DNA from: Bugula neritina | Taxonomy: Eukaryota; Animalia; Bryozoa | Reading direction: 5' to 3' | Assembly: GCA_964035545.1 (NCBI GenBank) | Contig: OZ037767.1 | Location: forward strand, 8,690,581 to 8,754,580 | Length of the DNA stretch: 64,000 nucleotides | Shown here: positions 1 through 13,174 of the stretch, one piece after another | Position numbering within the stretch: position 1 is the stretch's first letter | Layout of the letters: every line of letters starts with the position of its first letter | Position numbers and translations under genes: made by a program | The notes under the pieces: generated by a model | What the model was told of the DNA's origin: nothing | Seen by the model: only the letters and a program-made list of their open reading frames with translations | Databases searched by the model: none

Positions 1-57
1 AACTCACCAGCTGTCACTTTGAGTATAATTTACTACGGGTACGTTCACAACGTAAAG
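1..57 (+). CDS. Candidate 3' end of the upstream ZFP36 exon 1 (runs off the window edge)
   Basis: Open frame NSPAVTLSIIYYGYVHNVK ends AAG|gtattt at 57/58, phase 0, and joins the 525 exon in frame. ZFP36-family genes typically have a short first coding exon. The start codon is not visible, so this could be 5'UTR. Confidence 0.4.
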
Positions 58-524
58 GTATTTCTGAACTCGACAGTCGAGTTGTGGTTGTACTTATAAC
101 TTTCAGCTGGTGTTGATCTAAATTTATTAACCAACAACTTGAATAAACGAAAATTAAAAGTTGAATACTAAATTAAAGGCTAAAGTTATTAGTATTTGCT
201 AATCAGTAAATATAAACTTTGACTGTAGGAGTGACCCGTCTAAATTTTAATCATAATAATTCAATATTTAAAAATATTCTCAGTTGTGTGCAAAGCACTG
301 GTTCTCCTAGTTCATTTTTCTCCTGGATAAATTACATGTCTACCAAATAAAACATTAATAAATGTTTGTCAATTATCCTGTTTGTAGTTCAGTAGTTCAA
401 CCAGACTTAGCAAATTAGTTTATACCCACCTCTTTTCCTAAATTTCAAAAAAATATTCGCTAGCTATTACTCTGATAGCTTTATAACCTGCTTGTAAATC
501 TCAACGGTTAAATTTTATTTTCAG

Positions 525-1406
525 CAAAGAAGAATGAGTAATCCTGTAGCATACAGAAACCAGGGCCACCTGCCTTGCCACAATGCCTCCCGGAGGTACA
601 GCATGCAGTGGGATGAAACATCCTATTTTTCCAAATACAACGAAAAGCTAGCAGCTTCTTGGTACCCTAGTCCGTACAAGTCACCCCTCAAAAATGTTCT
701 TTCTGCTCCAAGTTCCCACTCGTTCAGCAAGCATGGCTGTCCTATGCAACAACCACCACCACCACATGCAATGCCAGGACCGCACAGCTATGCTCAACAA
801 AATAGTCCTAGAAGTTATGGCTCGCCAGAAATAGCTCAACCCATGGATGCAGCTGTTGAACGATCTCGATACAAAACAGAGCTATGCCGGTCATATGAAG
901 AGACTGGACAATGCAAGTATAATGCTAAATGCCAGTTTGCTCATGGCGAGGAAGAACTACGTCCTGTAAAACGTCACCCCAAGTATAAAACCGAGAAGTG
1001 CAAACCCTTTCACGCCACAGCCATCTGTAACTACGGTGCAAAGTGCACTTTTATCCATGATGAGAGGGAGCTGTGCGAGTCATCACCCCAGTCTGCTGCC
1101 TCGACACCGGTCAAGCAATCATCATCAATGAAACTGCCCATCACAGCTCCTCTAACCATCACCTCGTCAGGGGAATCACCTGATAGTTCCATCACCAGTG
1201 GCTCACCTTCACAAAATACACCAGTTTTGAGCGAAGACAACTTTGTCGCAAGGCTTTCGCCAACTCCAAGTTTTGGCAGCGATGCTGCTAGTCATGCCAG
1301 CACCTACTCGCCCCCTCCTTCTCCTAAATGCGAACTGCACTTCAATGCCAGCTCTCCTTTAGATATGGGACTCGACGTAACTCTCTTTAGTAAACTTTGT
1401 TTGTAA
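525..1406 (+). CDS. ZFP36: ZFP36/TIS11 (tristetraprolin-family) tandem CCCH zinc-finger mRNA-decay factor, main coding exon
   Basis: Two CX8CX5CX3H fingers with the RYKTELC and KYKTEKC lead-ins and an 18-aa linker, which is diagnostic of the family. N-terminal RRYS motif and Ser/Pro-rich C-terminus. A strong acceptor (ttttattttcag, ends 524) opens in frame (CAA AGA AGA ATG). First ATG in the exon is 534; stop TAA 1404-1406. Confidence 0.93.
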   Translation, partial: QRRMSNPVAYRNQGHLPCHNASRRYSMQWDETSYFSKYNEKLAASWYPSPYKSPLKNVLSAPSSHSFSKHGCPMQQPPPPHAMPGPHSYAQQNSPRSYGSPEIAQPMDAAVERSRYKTELCRSYEETGQCKYNAKCQFAHGEEELRPVKRHPKYKTEKCKPFHATAICNYGAKCTFIHDERELCESSPQSAASTPVKQSSSMKLPITAPLTITSSGESPDSSITSGSPSQNTPVLSEDNFVARLSPTPSFGSDAASHASTYSPPPSPKCELHFNASSPLDMGLDVTLFSKLCL

Positions 1407-1762
1407 GTCTGTTCAGTATTGTACAGTTACTCCTTGACCGCAATAATTGGCATAAATTGTCAAATCTGCTCAATTTTTTTTAAACTATTAGCAATCCACC
1501 ATTTCACAAATGTGTAATAGCAAGCCATATTCCACAGAATATATTTTTGTAATTTCTCAATATATTATATACTCTTGAAAAAATCTGGGCGCATGCACCA
1601 TTTCTGTTAACATTATCCTTTCATAACTGGTTCCCTACTGTCAGTCCCATGGCTTCAGTTACACAACTACTCTGGAGCAGAAGTTAGTTGCTCCAGCTAT
1701 CTTAAGTTATTGTCCCTACTATTCTACACTCCATACATTCATTATTATAGTACATTTTACTT

Positions 1763-1988
1763 TTATTTATTTCAGTATTTTTGCTGCATTTTGACAATTT
1801 TGCTTATCTGCAATAAAACATTGCATGGTACAGTCGTAGTGTTTTTGTTAGTTTTTGTACTTGCCAAAGAAAAGTCAACTTTGATGGAATTTTTCATTGT
1901 AAATACTTGTTCATAGATTGAACAGCTGTTATACTTTTTATTTATTATATAATTATTTACTGATTTCTTACCATATAGTGTAAATAAA
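1763..1988 (+). promoter_or_regulatory. ZFP36 3'UTR AU-rich elements and poly(A) signals
   Basis: TTATTTATT nonamers at 1763-1771 and 1938-1946, ATTTA at 1955-1959, AATAAA at about 1812 and at 1983-1988. Confidence 0.7.
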
Positions 1989-4900
1989 ACAATTACTTCT
2001 CTGGAAACTGGTATATTGATCTTATTAGAAGTCTAGTGAACAATATTATGTCAAACACAGAGGCTGGTCTTTCACAACTTCATTTTATTTTGATGGTTGA
2101 TGTCCCTTGTTTGAAAAGACTGCCTGAGAATACTGTAAAGTAAGCAGCATACGAGTTAAGTAGATTACTTGCTGTAGCAATACTGAGCATAACTACAGTC
2201 TATGCACTGGTTCAACTCATAAGCCTACTCAACTTGACCTTGGTTGGCTTGTGCTGATCCCTACCCCATAGAATCTGTATCTCATTTAATTGTCTTAGCT
2301 AAATAGTCATTTGGATGACTCTTCAAAAAGTAGATACTAGACTATCTTAAAACTATTATGGCTTTCATATGTGGATTGTTTCCAGAGCTTACTTCTACTG
2401 TAGTCTATAGAAGCAATATAAATCAAACCACCAATTCAGATAAGAACCAGTTATTTTGTACCATCATGTGTTATAAATTTCCTTCAGAAATCTTTCACAA
2501 TATAAAGACTTAGCACATCATATGTTGGGCTCGGAGATACGTCGCTGACACGGTGTGTCATATCTTCAATCATGCACTGATTGTAGTTCGGCTTCCCGGG
2601 TCATGGTGATGGAGAAACACCAAGAGTGGTGGAAAGTTTGGTTGAGGGTCTCCCAATAGACGATTTGCAAATCCTGTGTGTTTTGTTTCTGCACTGACTC
2701 CGGCCAGCAATGACGTAATCTCCTGTCTCACAGACGTAGGCTTAATTTCAATATTTTGGTAACCGACTATGCACTTGGGATAGCTGTGTTATTACAAAGT
2801 AACAGCAATATATTATTATCATTCTGTCGGGTCATTTACTATGCTATAAGGAATGTTGCCTGTGTATATTTACTCTACTTCCAGAGATGTTATTGTAAGG
2901 AGTTGTAACTGATGGATTACTCACCCTTTTCTACCAGTAGACATTGGCACTGAGCAGCAGTGCTGGGCCAGTTAAGCAATGTTTACTATTCTACAACCAG
3001 TTAACTGCGTGCTTGCAACTACTCTAGTTTCTACAATCAGTTTTACCACCAAATCAACAACAACTACACCTATACTTAGATGCTCAGCTGTAGTCCCAAG
3101 GAATTCATAGAACTTGAACTGAAAGTTTGCACAAGACTAATACACAGATATATGCCAGTTTATACGAATACAATATATAACCTTGAATCTGTTGGGGTTG
3201 TAAAATGTTCATGTGTCAGATACTCAATGTATTATACAATTGGTGCTCTTAGGAAACTGAAAACCAACACATAAACTTGGTGTTGGTAACATCTTGTTTA
3301 TATTTCGTATCTTATCTATGGTGTAGAGATAACATATTATATTGACAATAGATAGTAGCATATTTGAATCTATAGCTCCCGCCTAAAATATTGTTTACTC
3401 CCAATATTTGGCATTAGCTATTCACGTGGAGATTGACAACAAGCAGTTTAAAACAATAAGCTAAAGCAGTATAATAGGCTTATAAAACACTGTGGAATTT
3501 TACCATATTATATTAATCATGAAATATTCCTGCTTGAAAAGTGTTATTCTGAATTAATGTGAACTGTTTTTCACAATTTTATATGAGTGGAATTTGTTGT
3601 TGTGCTATGCATATGATCAACATTTAAATTATGGTGTGGTCAAAATGATAGCAAGTGACTAACCTACCCCAACTTGCTCTGCTCGCAGACAAAGGCAATT
3701 GGAATAATTAAATTCTACCACCAATCATATATCATCTCCAAATGACAGTTCTGTATTATGCTAATTGAAACTTTACAAAGACATCTAGTTGATGTGTGGT
3801 AACCTTCGGTACAAACCAGAGTACTTTTAACCGCATCCTACTATCACTTCATAACAACATATCTACTTATTTTAGTACAGAGACGGGTATAAAACTTTGT
3901 GAAATGTTTTTAATAAAAAGAAAATTAACTTGAATACTTGAAATGCTAGGGAGTATGCAATTGGTTAAAATTACTGTTACAATACTTTCGTATGACTCTT
4001 AAGTAATATGCCTTTAATGCAAGTTGGTCAGCAATAACCCTGCACACTAATCTCACTATACTAGCTCAAGTTTTAAGTAGAGAGAGAGTTTATGTTGGGA
4101 GCTGGTTGTGTAGACCTACTAAAATGTGTGTAAACTTTGGAATAAGAGTATATTTGCTGTAATAATAGTAAGAAGCTGCTAGATTTACATAAACAGAGCT
4201 TTGCCGCAATGACCTTTGAGGTTTCAGTGGTTTCCCACTAGTCCTGCCTCAAGGCCTACACTTGCTTCATGTTTTTCACAACTAGGTGTCACACAGAATG
4301 AAAAGCACCAAAAGTGATAAAGTTTTATGTTGATTTTGAGGTTAAAACCACTATCATCCCATTCATCAACTCGGTGGGTATGAATTCTAATAGTAAAGCC
4401 TCAGCCTTGAGTCAACGTACACTGTACAGTATAACGACAAAGGTTTAGTTTGCATCAACATCAGTTTGATGTGTTGTACTTTATACATTGAAATTAAGTT
4501 CTAGCAAGTATTGGTTGAGTGAAGACATCGTATCAACATATTTTCATGCACTGCTAGAGTTATATAATAATCACAGTTTCATTTATGTGTATTATCACTT
4601 GGAGTCATCAGACACCTGAACAACAATTTCTAAGAAATCCATGTGGCATTCGTGTTACAATTTAATGGCCTGGTGATTAACGTTACAACACTCTTTAAGC
4701 AATCAGCATTGCATCCCATAGCATATCCCTGCAGTAAACTACTGCATTATCTATTGTCATGCCAGCATTCTCCAGGTTCTCAAAAGATATTACACCAGGC
4801 ATCAAGTACTGTCATGTTATTTCAGCTATGCTACCATCAGTAGTTAGTTGCCTGGTAAATCAACTGGAAGGCTTTAGCATCATCTTGCCAAATGGTCTCA

Positions 4901-6597
4901 CAGCTTCCGAATAGTTTTTAGATGACCCTCTGCCCATCCTCCATCACTGCTATTATGGCAGCTGATGTCAGGTGCTGGTAGCCTTTCCTAACCGTCATGT
5001 TCCATTCATGCAGCTAAAAATACAACAATTAGTTGTCTAACTGCAGGTTATGAGCTCAATGTGATGAAACCTCCAGTCCTTTACATGCAAGTTGAAGCCG
5101 TGGGTGTAAAGATATACCTGTAGTTCCTACAATTATGTAAATTCCAGCAAGGTTTTAACTGCTATTACATCAATTTTAGATTTTTGTAAAGGAATGATGC
5201 AATATACTTTCTGTGCTCACATCTGCTACTGGGTGGAGATGAAACTGTAGCTATAGAAACTGAAGCCAGTAGGCAAGCAGTAAAGTCAAACACAAATATT
5301 ATTGGGTAGTGAGTTTTTCTCCTCTGACAACGGCTGGTAAACATATCTTGCGCAATAGATTTTCACAAATTTGGGTTCAAATTGGAACATCCATCTAATG
5401 TGGCCCTTAGAGCTATTTGCGTGTGAGTTAATATACAAGTTGATTTTATAGACTTTTGGTATATAAAAATTGTTCCTATTTTCTCAAAATAATTTGCCGA
5501 GTACAAAAATGCTAAAATTTTATTTTGAATAAGGACTCCAGTGGCATATTGAATATCAGCATTTAAACATGTTTTTGCTTGCCTGCTTGTTAGTTTATAC
5601 GACCAACAAGTACAGTAAAACATGGCTAGGTGCTGTTCAAATATTGCTCAAAGTATTCAAGTGAAGGTTTAAAACATTTTGCGTTTAATTCCTACTATTT
5701 ACATACATTTATATTCAAAACTAGAAAAGTTTACACAGTAGCTTGCCAAACAGACATGGCGAAATTTCTATTTCATCTTGTTTATATTTAAATGAGTTAA
5801 AAGTTGATGAATTGCAGGTGAAGGTTTGTTATACATCTATTATTTTGATGTGATTATTAGAGAATGCAGTGGATTAGTCAAAACAATACACATAGCAGCA
5901 CATGTGCTCTGCTAGTTCGCACACAGATCCCACAGATCTGTTACAGTGGACTTTAAATACCATCTTGGTTTAGTTGCTGTGTTCTCTGCTTGGTAATCTT
6001 TAGATGTTGTAATAACAGATGTCTTTCGGAACTCCCAGTTGCTAATTTCTTTTGGTCAAGTGGTTTTCTGGAATTTAAATGTATGGCAATTTTCGCCTTC
6101 TGCTATATATAGCCAGTCTATTGGCTGTCAATCAGATAGCAGAGAGTGTTGCTGTAATATTATATTAAATTGAAAGACTATTTCTATAGATTGAAGATGA
6201 CTGGCTGTGGTAAGAATGAGTCACCTGTAAGAATGCAGTGTTCAAGACGCACTATGGTGCTTATTATTTTCACAACATTCTTGTCGTTATGATTATTATC
6301 TTCTAAGGCAGAATATTACAGGCTACAGCATAAATAATAAATAGGAATAGAAGTTGATAAAGACTTCCGACAGCCAAACGTAACATTAGTCATCACTGGT
6401 GTCCTATATTATTTAATATTCTAGAAATTTCAAATGACCTATTTATTAGAGGAATAGATGAAGGGCTTTATTTTAAGAGCAAGTAGAATTTCATTTACAC
6501 CAGATTATGATGTATATAAACTGTAGGTATGTCCGTAGCCTACTTACTGCCTTTAGCCTTAATAGCCTTCCTTACCTTTTGTATTATAAGAGCAAGA

Positions 6598-6695
6598 ATG
6601 TATATGCAGATGTGGGCCATATGTGTAGATGTATATGTGCAGATGTGTATGTGTAGATGTGTATGTGTAGATGTATATGTGCAGATGTGTAGACA
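6598..6695. repeat. Short ~14-bp imperfect tandem repeat (ATGTGTAGATGTAT-like)
   Basis: Reiterated atgtg(c/t)agatgt(a/g)t units are directly visible. Confidence 0.75.
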
Positions 6696-7386
6696 TGCAC
6701 ATTTAGTTAGTGCAGCATTGGTATTGTACTCAGCACAAATAAATAGTTAGTTGTGTATTATATGCTACATTATGTGTATCTATGCAATAACATTCTATTA
6801 TCAATAGTCTTAGCTACACCATGTATTATAGTGATGAGTAATAATATAACTATGAGTGAAACCATTCTCTATAGTCAAACTATAAACTCTATAATCTTGA
6901 GTGTACAGACAGTGTCCTATCTAGAAAGTTACAGTTGGTGAAGCTTTGACCAATTCCTTTTGATAACCTTTTAGGGGGATGTGATGTCACTTGTTTTATA
7001 GTCTCCGAGTGGATGAGAAAATGTGAGATTCTCTTAGTGGAAGTCAAGTAAATGTCTTTTCTTCCAGAGTTCCTACAATATTTATCACTTATTATGTTAT
7101 ATCTTTTTTATAATTACTCTAAGTTCATATCTGAGGTGATAAAATACTATTAATGGGCAAATATAAAGTGTTATTTTACGATATCTTCGTTCTTGAAAGC
7201 ACTATTAATTATTATATGAAATTATATTTCCTTTCCGTTACATTTGTTGCAGCTATTTTTAGCTACAAATGAGTCAATCTGGTTCATAAAAAGAAGTTCT
7301 ACATAGACATGATTTTGGAATTGTTAGAATGCTGTGAGTGGTTCATGAAATCAGTGTGGTAGACACTTTATTAACTATTACTGAGT

Positions 7387-7925
7387 AGTAGACACCTCAC
7401 CGACCCTGGTAGACACCTCACTGACTCTAGTAGACACCTCACTGACTCTGGTAGACACCTCACTGACTCTGGTAGACACTTCACTGACTCTGGTAGACAC
7501 CTTATTGATTCTGGTAGACACCTTACTGATTCTGATAGACACCTCACTGACTCTGGTAGACACCTTACTGACCCTGGTAGACACCTTACTGACTCTGGTA
7601 GACACCTAACTGGTTCTGATAGACACCTCACTGACTCTGGTAGACACCTTATTGATTCTGGTAGACACCTTACTGATTCTGATAGACACCTCACTGACTC
7701 TGGTAGACACCTTACTGATTCTGATAGACACCTCACTGACTCTGTTAGACACCTCACTGATTCTGGTAGACACCTTACTGATTCTGATAGACACCTCACT
7801 GACTCTGGTAGACACCTTACTGACTATGGTAGACACCTTACTGACTCTGGTAGACACATTACTGATTCTGGTAGATACCTCACTGACTTTGATAGAGACT
7901 TCATTAATTCTGTTAGACACTCTAT
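7387..7925. repeat. 21-bp minisatellite, about 25-26 units (consensus GGTAGACACCTCACTGACTCT)
   Basis: Continuous 21-bp period with point variants; it explains four artefactual ORFs on both strands. Confidence 0.97.
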
Positions 7926-8175
7926 AACTGACTTGCTATATCTTAGTACAACCTAGCAGAGGCAAGTCTTTGTATGTGTTGGAACGTTGTAATAACTGTT
8001 CATGTTTTTTATGATGTACTTTTTTCCTATATATTCCCATTATAATAATATTTTACTGTGATAGCTCATGTGTCGACTTTTTAGGTTATTGTAAATTCAA
8101 GGTATCTTTTTTTCAAAGTCAATTCATTCATACATTCTCTTTCAAAAATAAAGTATAGCAACTCAACAGCACAAG

Positions 8176-8308
8176 CAGAGCTGACACCTTGCTGACTTCC
8201 TGTGTTGTAGTGCAAGCTAAGGAGGCTGACATGTCAGACAGAGCTGACACCTTGCTGACTTCCTGTGTCGTAGTGTAAGCTACTGAGGCTGACATGTCAG
8301 ACAGAGCC
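8176..8308. repeat. ~63-bp tandem duplication (two copies plus a partial third)
   Basis: cagagctgacaccttgctgacttcctgtgt...gaggctgacatgtcaga occurs twice head-to-tail. Confidence 0.9.
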
Positions 8309-11300
8309 TTACGTCTTTAATTTGTGAAATCTTTACCTGCTGCAGGCTGTCATTCAAACTGTACATTTAACAATATAATTATTTAGAAAAGCATGTCACA
8401 AGCTAAGAGTGCTGGTCACAGCTCAGCTGTAGCCCAGCTGTACCCACCTAGCCACCGGTAAGCCCAGCTTTCTTGTATATACAGCTTTGGTAGCTATAGG
8501 CAGCAAGATAGTTCAACTACACCTTTGTTATAGTAAAAATACGATGGCCTCCAAACCATACCAGTGTGAGTCCCGTAAACAAATAAATTAGATGATTCTA
8601 CAGCAGTGCTTTAGTTGAAAGGTCTTCAAACTTACTTTGTACTCTTTATAAGTAAGGAATACTTGGGTCTCTCAAACATATATCTGCTTTCTACTCTCCC
8701 CCATATTTCTAGCGTTTTAGGTTTGCACAAGCCTACCATGGTAATGTAGAGTGTTTTATGTGTAGCCAATGTGCTACAGTTGTAACGCTTAAAAGGAAGT
8801 AAATATGAAGGTAATGCACCATTGGATATTTTTTTGTTTATCTTTGGCAACCACCAGTATCTTAGCTGCTCGTCTGCCAGATCAATGGCTCTTTTGAACT
8901 TACATACTCACCTCATACAAACCTTTGCACTTACCTTTGAAACAAACTTTTGTAGTCACTTTTGCCTCGTCTTCTGCCTTTTCTTGATGCTGGATTGCCA
9001 GTTTTAGTTTTGATATTTAAGGCATAAAATTAGAATAAAACAACCTAATAGTGCAAAAAATAATTGAAAATTTGGTCAGACAAATTTTAGGCTCAACAAA
9101 GATTGTTTACATACTACTGAAGTACCTGTAATAAGCAGCACACTAAAATGTTGTTCTGTTTCTACATAAATATGATTATATTATATGTAAGTAAATAAAG
9201 CTGTGTGGAAATGGTTGTATTTAGCAATTTTATTATCAACTTAATTTCGTATCTGATTTCAGATATATATTTTTGCAGTTAACCAAATATATTATAGAGT
9301 GGATTTTTCCATTTATATTAAAACAAAACAAACACTGCTGGACCCACTTGAGATGAGTTTTCAACATCTCTATTGATGTTTTGTAGTACGGAGCTCATGT
9401 GGATATATGCAAGTGTCAACATGAGTAATCTGAAACTGGAGGCTTGTTAATTTTGGGAGAAAGAACAGCAGAACTTACTAAATATAGAAAAACACTGGAG
9501 AGGTTTTTACAATCTTTTCACTCATCCAAACTTGTTTACCCATATAAAAGCCACACTATGGCTTTATGGGCATAGCACTGGACCACAACCTTCCACACAC
9601 CTTTTTATCCTACTTGTGCATACAACTGTGGTTAAACAAAATGATAGCCAATGCAGCAAAAACATGATTGATGCTCACTTTAATTTCATGCTTACTTAGA
9701 TGGACTGAGTTTGAAGGCTATATGTGGACATGTGTATACAAGATGTTATTGAGTTAAGGTAAATTAAACTTGTTTTTATCACATAGAGGCACTCAAATAA
9801 AACCACTATCTTATTAAGACTTACCACCAGTCTGAAAACGTAAAATATCTCTGTTCTACAACTCATTCTATCTATCCTATAAATGTTGCAAAAAAAGGTT
9901 ACAGGAACTGTACCTCAGGAAAGCCTGTGTTCTAGATTAGAAATGTAGCAACAGAAGTTATGTTCTCGATAGAATTATAACCCAAACCAAAATTTCTTCA
10001 AAACTTCGAAGAACTAGGGCTATTGAAACTTCAGGCATCTATCTAATGTACAACTTTGAGGGCTAGAGTAGTTCTTCTCTCCAATATACACAAAGCATTC
10101 AGTTGCAAATGTTTGGTAATAAACTACAGCTAAATAGTTTATCAAAAATATACCTGCCACATAAATTTAGTTCATTTCCATTGAGAATTGTTTGAAAAAC
10201 AAAATAATATGGCTTAGTATAAAGTTAGTATATCAAACTGGCCTTTATAATTACTGTAAGCAAGGTTTTCAATTGTCTATGTTTGGGAGACAATGCAGTG
10301 CTTATGTTAAGCATGTTCTGGTTCTCACTTGAGAATATAAATACAGTGAGTCATGCAATACAACAAAACACTGGCCAGTTTGCTGCATGTCAACAGGAAA
10401 AACATTCTTTGTTGGATAATGAGGAGGCAATATTTAAAACTGGTGGCAAAACCGTTGAATGTAATTCAAAACAAGTTGAGAGCTTGTTATCTTCAAAGCC
10501 CCAGCCCATCTTCAAGAAGGCATTTAAGACACTTGTGCAACGTACTTTAGGTATAAAGAAGGGACCCAACAGTTGGGATTAGATAAGATCAAGCACCATT
10601 TGTCAAACACTCAGCAAACATGTTCATTCTCCAATGTAAATTACTATGTTATGTAAATTTTAATGGAAATGCAGTCATAGTAGATGTGACAGGGTAGTGA
10701 GAAGATGTGAGTATACACACTGAAGAATAGATACTTGAGCAGTGGCCGTGAATAATTACATACTATTTCCACAGTTGTGACCAACTGACAGGTAAATTGG
10801 TCAATATATTATGCCTTAGTCCGAGGCCTTGGGCACTGGGGGGGGGGGGGGGGAAGGGTGTGAATCCTTTGATCCAAAACATTGTACATGTCCCTTAGTC
10901 TAAATGAAAAATTACTGTTTCCAACTCATGGCCCATTTCTCATCTGCTGAAGTGGTAACCAAATCTGAAGGCATTAGATTTCCCATCTACTTTGTTACAA
11001 CTTTGAATGGTAAATAAATAAATCTCTCTGTTACATCAAACATAATGTCAATATGTGTAATTTTCCCAAAAAAACTGTATTTAGGGTTGTTTCACAATAC
11101 TAACACATTACTAACACATGAATTGCCAAAACCAAAAACCATTCAAGTAGCTTTCCCCACCCTCCCTCTTTCCAAATCCCTCATTTCTACTTCTTCATGT
11201 GTATTCCAAAACTTAATAGATTCAATACTGCATGCTAGAACTATTAGTAATAGTAACAGCTTACGCAACTTCTCCTGGAGTTCTTTCCAGATGGTGGTTT

Positions 11301-11903
11301 TGTACAAATTGTATTCTTCTATAGCTTCCCTCCTCTGTATTAGTATATCAAAGCTTAGCTAGCAGGATGTAATTACCAAAAAACAGTTGGGCAATTCAAT
11401 CAATTTAATCAATTCCCATATTTGGTACTGTTTTGCATAAAAAAATCTGGGAACACAAAAAATCTCATCCTATAGTGATGTAATGGTTACCGTATAATCA
11501 TTTATATTGCTTGTGCAATGGTCATACCTAATTGTTAATGTTACAACACCTGCATTTCAAGTTTGCTAAAGCTTGAGTTGAAAAGACAGCATATTCACTG
11601 TGTTGTCAACATTTGTTGTTTATACAAGTGTGTTTTGATGTTTTCTGCAAAATAGTTTAGTAATAGATTATGATTCACTCAATGCCTGAGTTGATATTTA
11701 TACAATGCTACTAAACACCTTTGTTTATAAGTTAACACATCTAAATTATATATAAAGTTATAATCTGAGAAATTATAGTCTGAGAGGGGAGTCTGGAAGT
11801 TTACTGCAGTGTATATAATGTATGATAATATTATATGTATGAGAAGTATCAGCATTAAGCTGTTATGTAGAGACAACTAAAGAAATGCCTTCTACCAGGT
11901 ACG

Positions 11904-12064
11904 TAGGTGTAGTATTGAAGAAATTGAGATAACCTGTGTTCTAAATGAAAAATGTAGCAAAAGAAGTTATGTTCTCACGAGAATTTCAATCTGCGCCCCA
12001 AACTAAAGTTTATAAAGAAGTTTGAAGAACTTATGCTGTCTCAATCTTTCCACTACTGCTCCTA
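11904..12064. mobile_element. ~160-bp MITE-like element, family 1 (termini TAGGTG...CCTA)
   Basis: Imperfect terminal inverted repeats. A homologous full copy lies in opposite orientation at 36671-36832, with partial copies near 9920-10040 and 12400-12468. Confidence 0.7.
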
Positions 12065-13090
12065 AATGCTTCTACCTGAAACAGTACGGTCTTCTCTCTA
12101 ACAGGCCAAGCAACTGTCACCAGAAACCATAATAATAGCACATGTGTATAGCCAGCCGATCAAATACCACTTCACAGCTTTCAACATTCTGGCCAGCAGC
12201 CAGGGCAGAGTTTGGTAAAAAGATTCTGGCACCTGAAAGAGAGAAGTTGATTAAAACACCAGCTCGAAGACCTTCCAACAATATTAATGGCAGATGCAAC
12301 CTGTTTGCGTGGGAAGAGGTTTTTCATGATTTATGTACATTTAGGAGCAGTAGTGAAGAAATTGAGAGAGCCTATGCTCTTTAATTTTATTAAATAGCAG
12401 ATAGCTTCTAATGCTACATTTCTAATCTAGAGCACAGGCTGCTCTCAATTTCTCCATCACTGCACCTATACCTCCATATGTATGCCTTCTACTCCTTCCT
12501 TCTATATACACATTTACTGCTTTGTTTTGGGACAATCTCATATATAAGACATATAGTTATTTGAAGAGAACCTGACATACATATTCTAATCTTTATATTA
12601 CTATATTCTAACACCTTTACTTTTTCTCTGTCATGTCATCTTCATACAACAATTCAAAATGAGCATCGTTGATATAAAAACAGACATAATGGAAATAGTA
12701 TTAATAAAGTTGTTTCATCCAACAACTTTAGTTCTTTGTTATGTATGTTGAGTTATAATGAAAGAATGAAGTTACGTGGAAGAAGATTTAGAAGAAAGCA
12801 AAAGAGGAAGTGGGGTAGAAACTGTTTTGTCCTGATGTAAGATTGAGAAAAATAATAAATAATTTTCACAGCAAATAATCTACTCATAGGGTGGTGCTGA
12901 AGTACATATATCTCAAGTTTTTCAACGCACAATGGGGAATGTTTTATGAACTTTTAGTTATAATTTTCATAAGCTAGTATACAATTGAATAGTTTATACA
13001 TTTTAATGAAATGTAAATATTTTGTATATTAATTACAGCTTATCAACTGAATTAGCTTAAATTAGGATGTCAAATCTTTCTTACATGTAG

Positions 13091-13174
13091 AATAGCAATG
13101 AGGTGTATATTAAATAGCAATGAGGTGTAGATTGAGTAGCAATGAGGTGTAGATTGAATAGCAATGCGTTGTAG
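13091..13174. repeat. 22-bp tandem repeat, about 4 copies (AATAGCAATGAGGTGTAGATTG)
   Basis: Directly visible. Confidence 0.85.

Noticed and set aside
1031-1240. 69-aa minus-strand ORF
   Set aside because: Antisense to the ZFP36 CDS with no independent support.
4640-5015. Minus-strand exon-like stretch after a ttttag acceptor (LHEWNMTVRKGYQHLTSAAIIAVMEDG...)
   Set aside because: Multiple in-frame stops and no recognisable family; probably a decayed TE or pseudogene that I cannot name.
6190-6209. 20-nt micro-exon candidate (tttctatag|ATTGAAGATGACTGGCTGTG|gtaag)
   Set aside because: Good splice sites, but it could not be chained unambiguously to any other exon.
7371-7927. Four repetitive ORFs (RCLPESV, VSTRVSE, VDTSLTL repeats), also superficially CRISPR-like
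   Set aside because: These are by-products of a 21-bp minisatellite. Each frame is broken by a stop within the array and there are no unique spacers or cas genes.
2700-10360. CRE-like TGACGTAA (2711) and several AP-1 TGAGTCA sites downstream of an immediate-early-type gene
   Set aside because: Several such 7-mers are expected by chance in 64 kb of this composition, and there is no clear clustering.
10283-12384. 80-105 aa ORFs at 10283, 11045 and 12142
   Set aside because: No recognisable motifs or consistent splice chain; they are interleaved with MITE copies and are probably TE debris.
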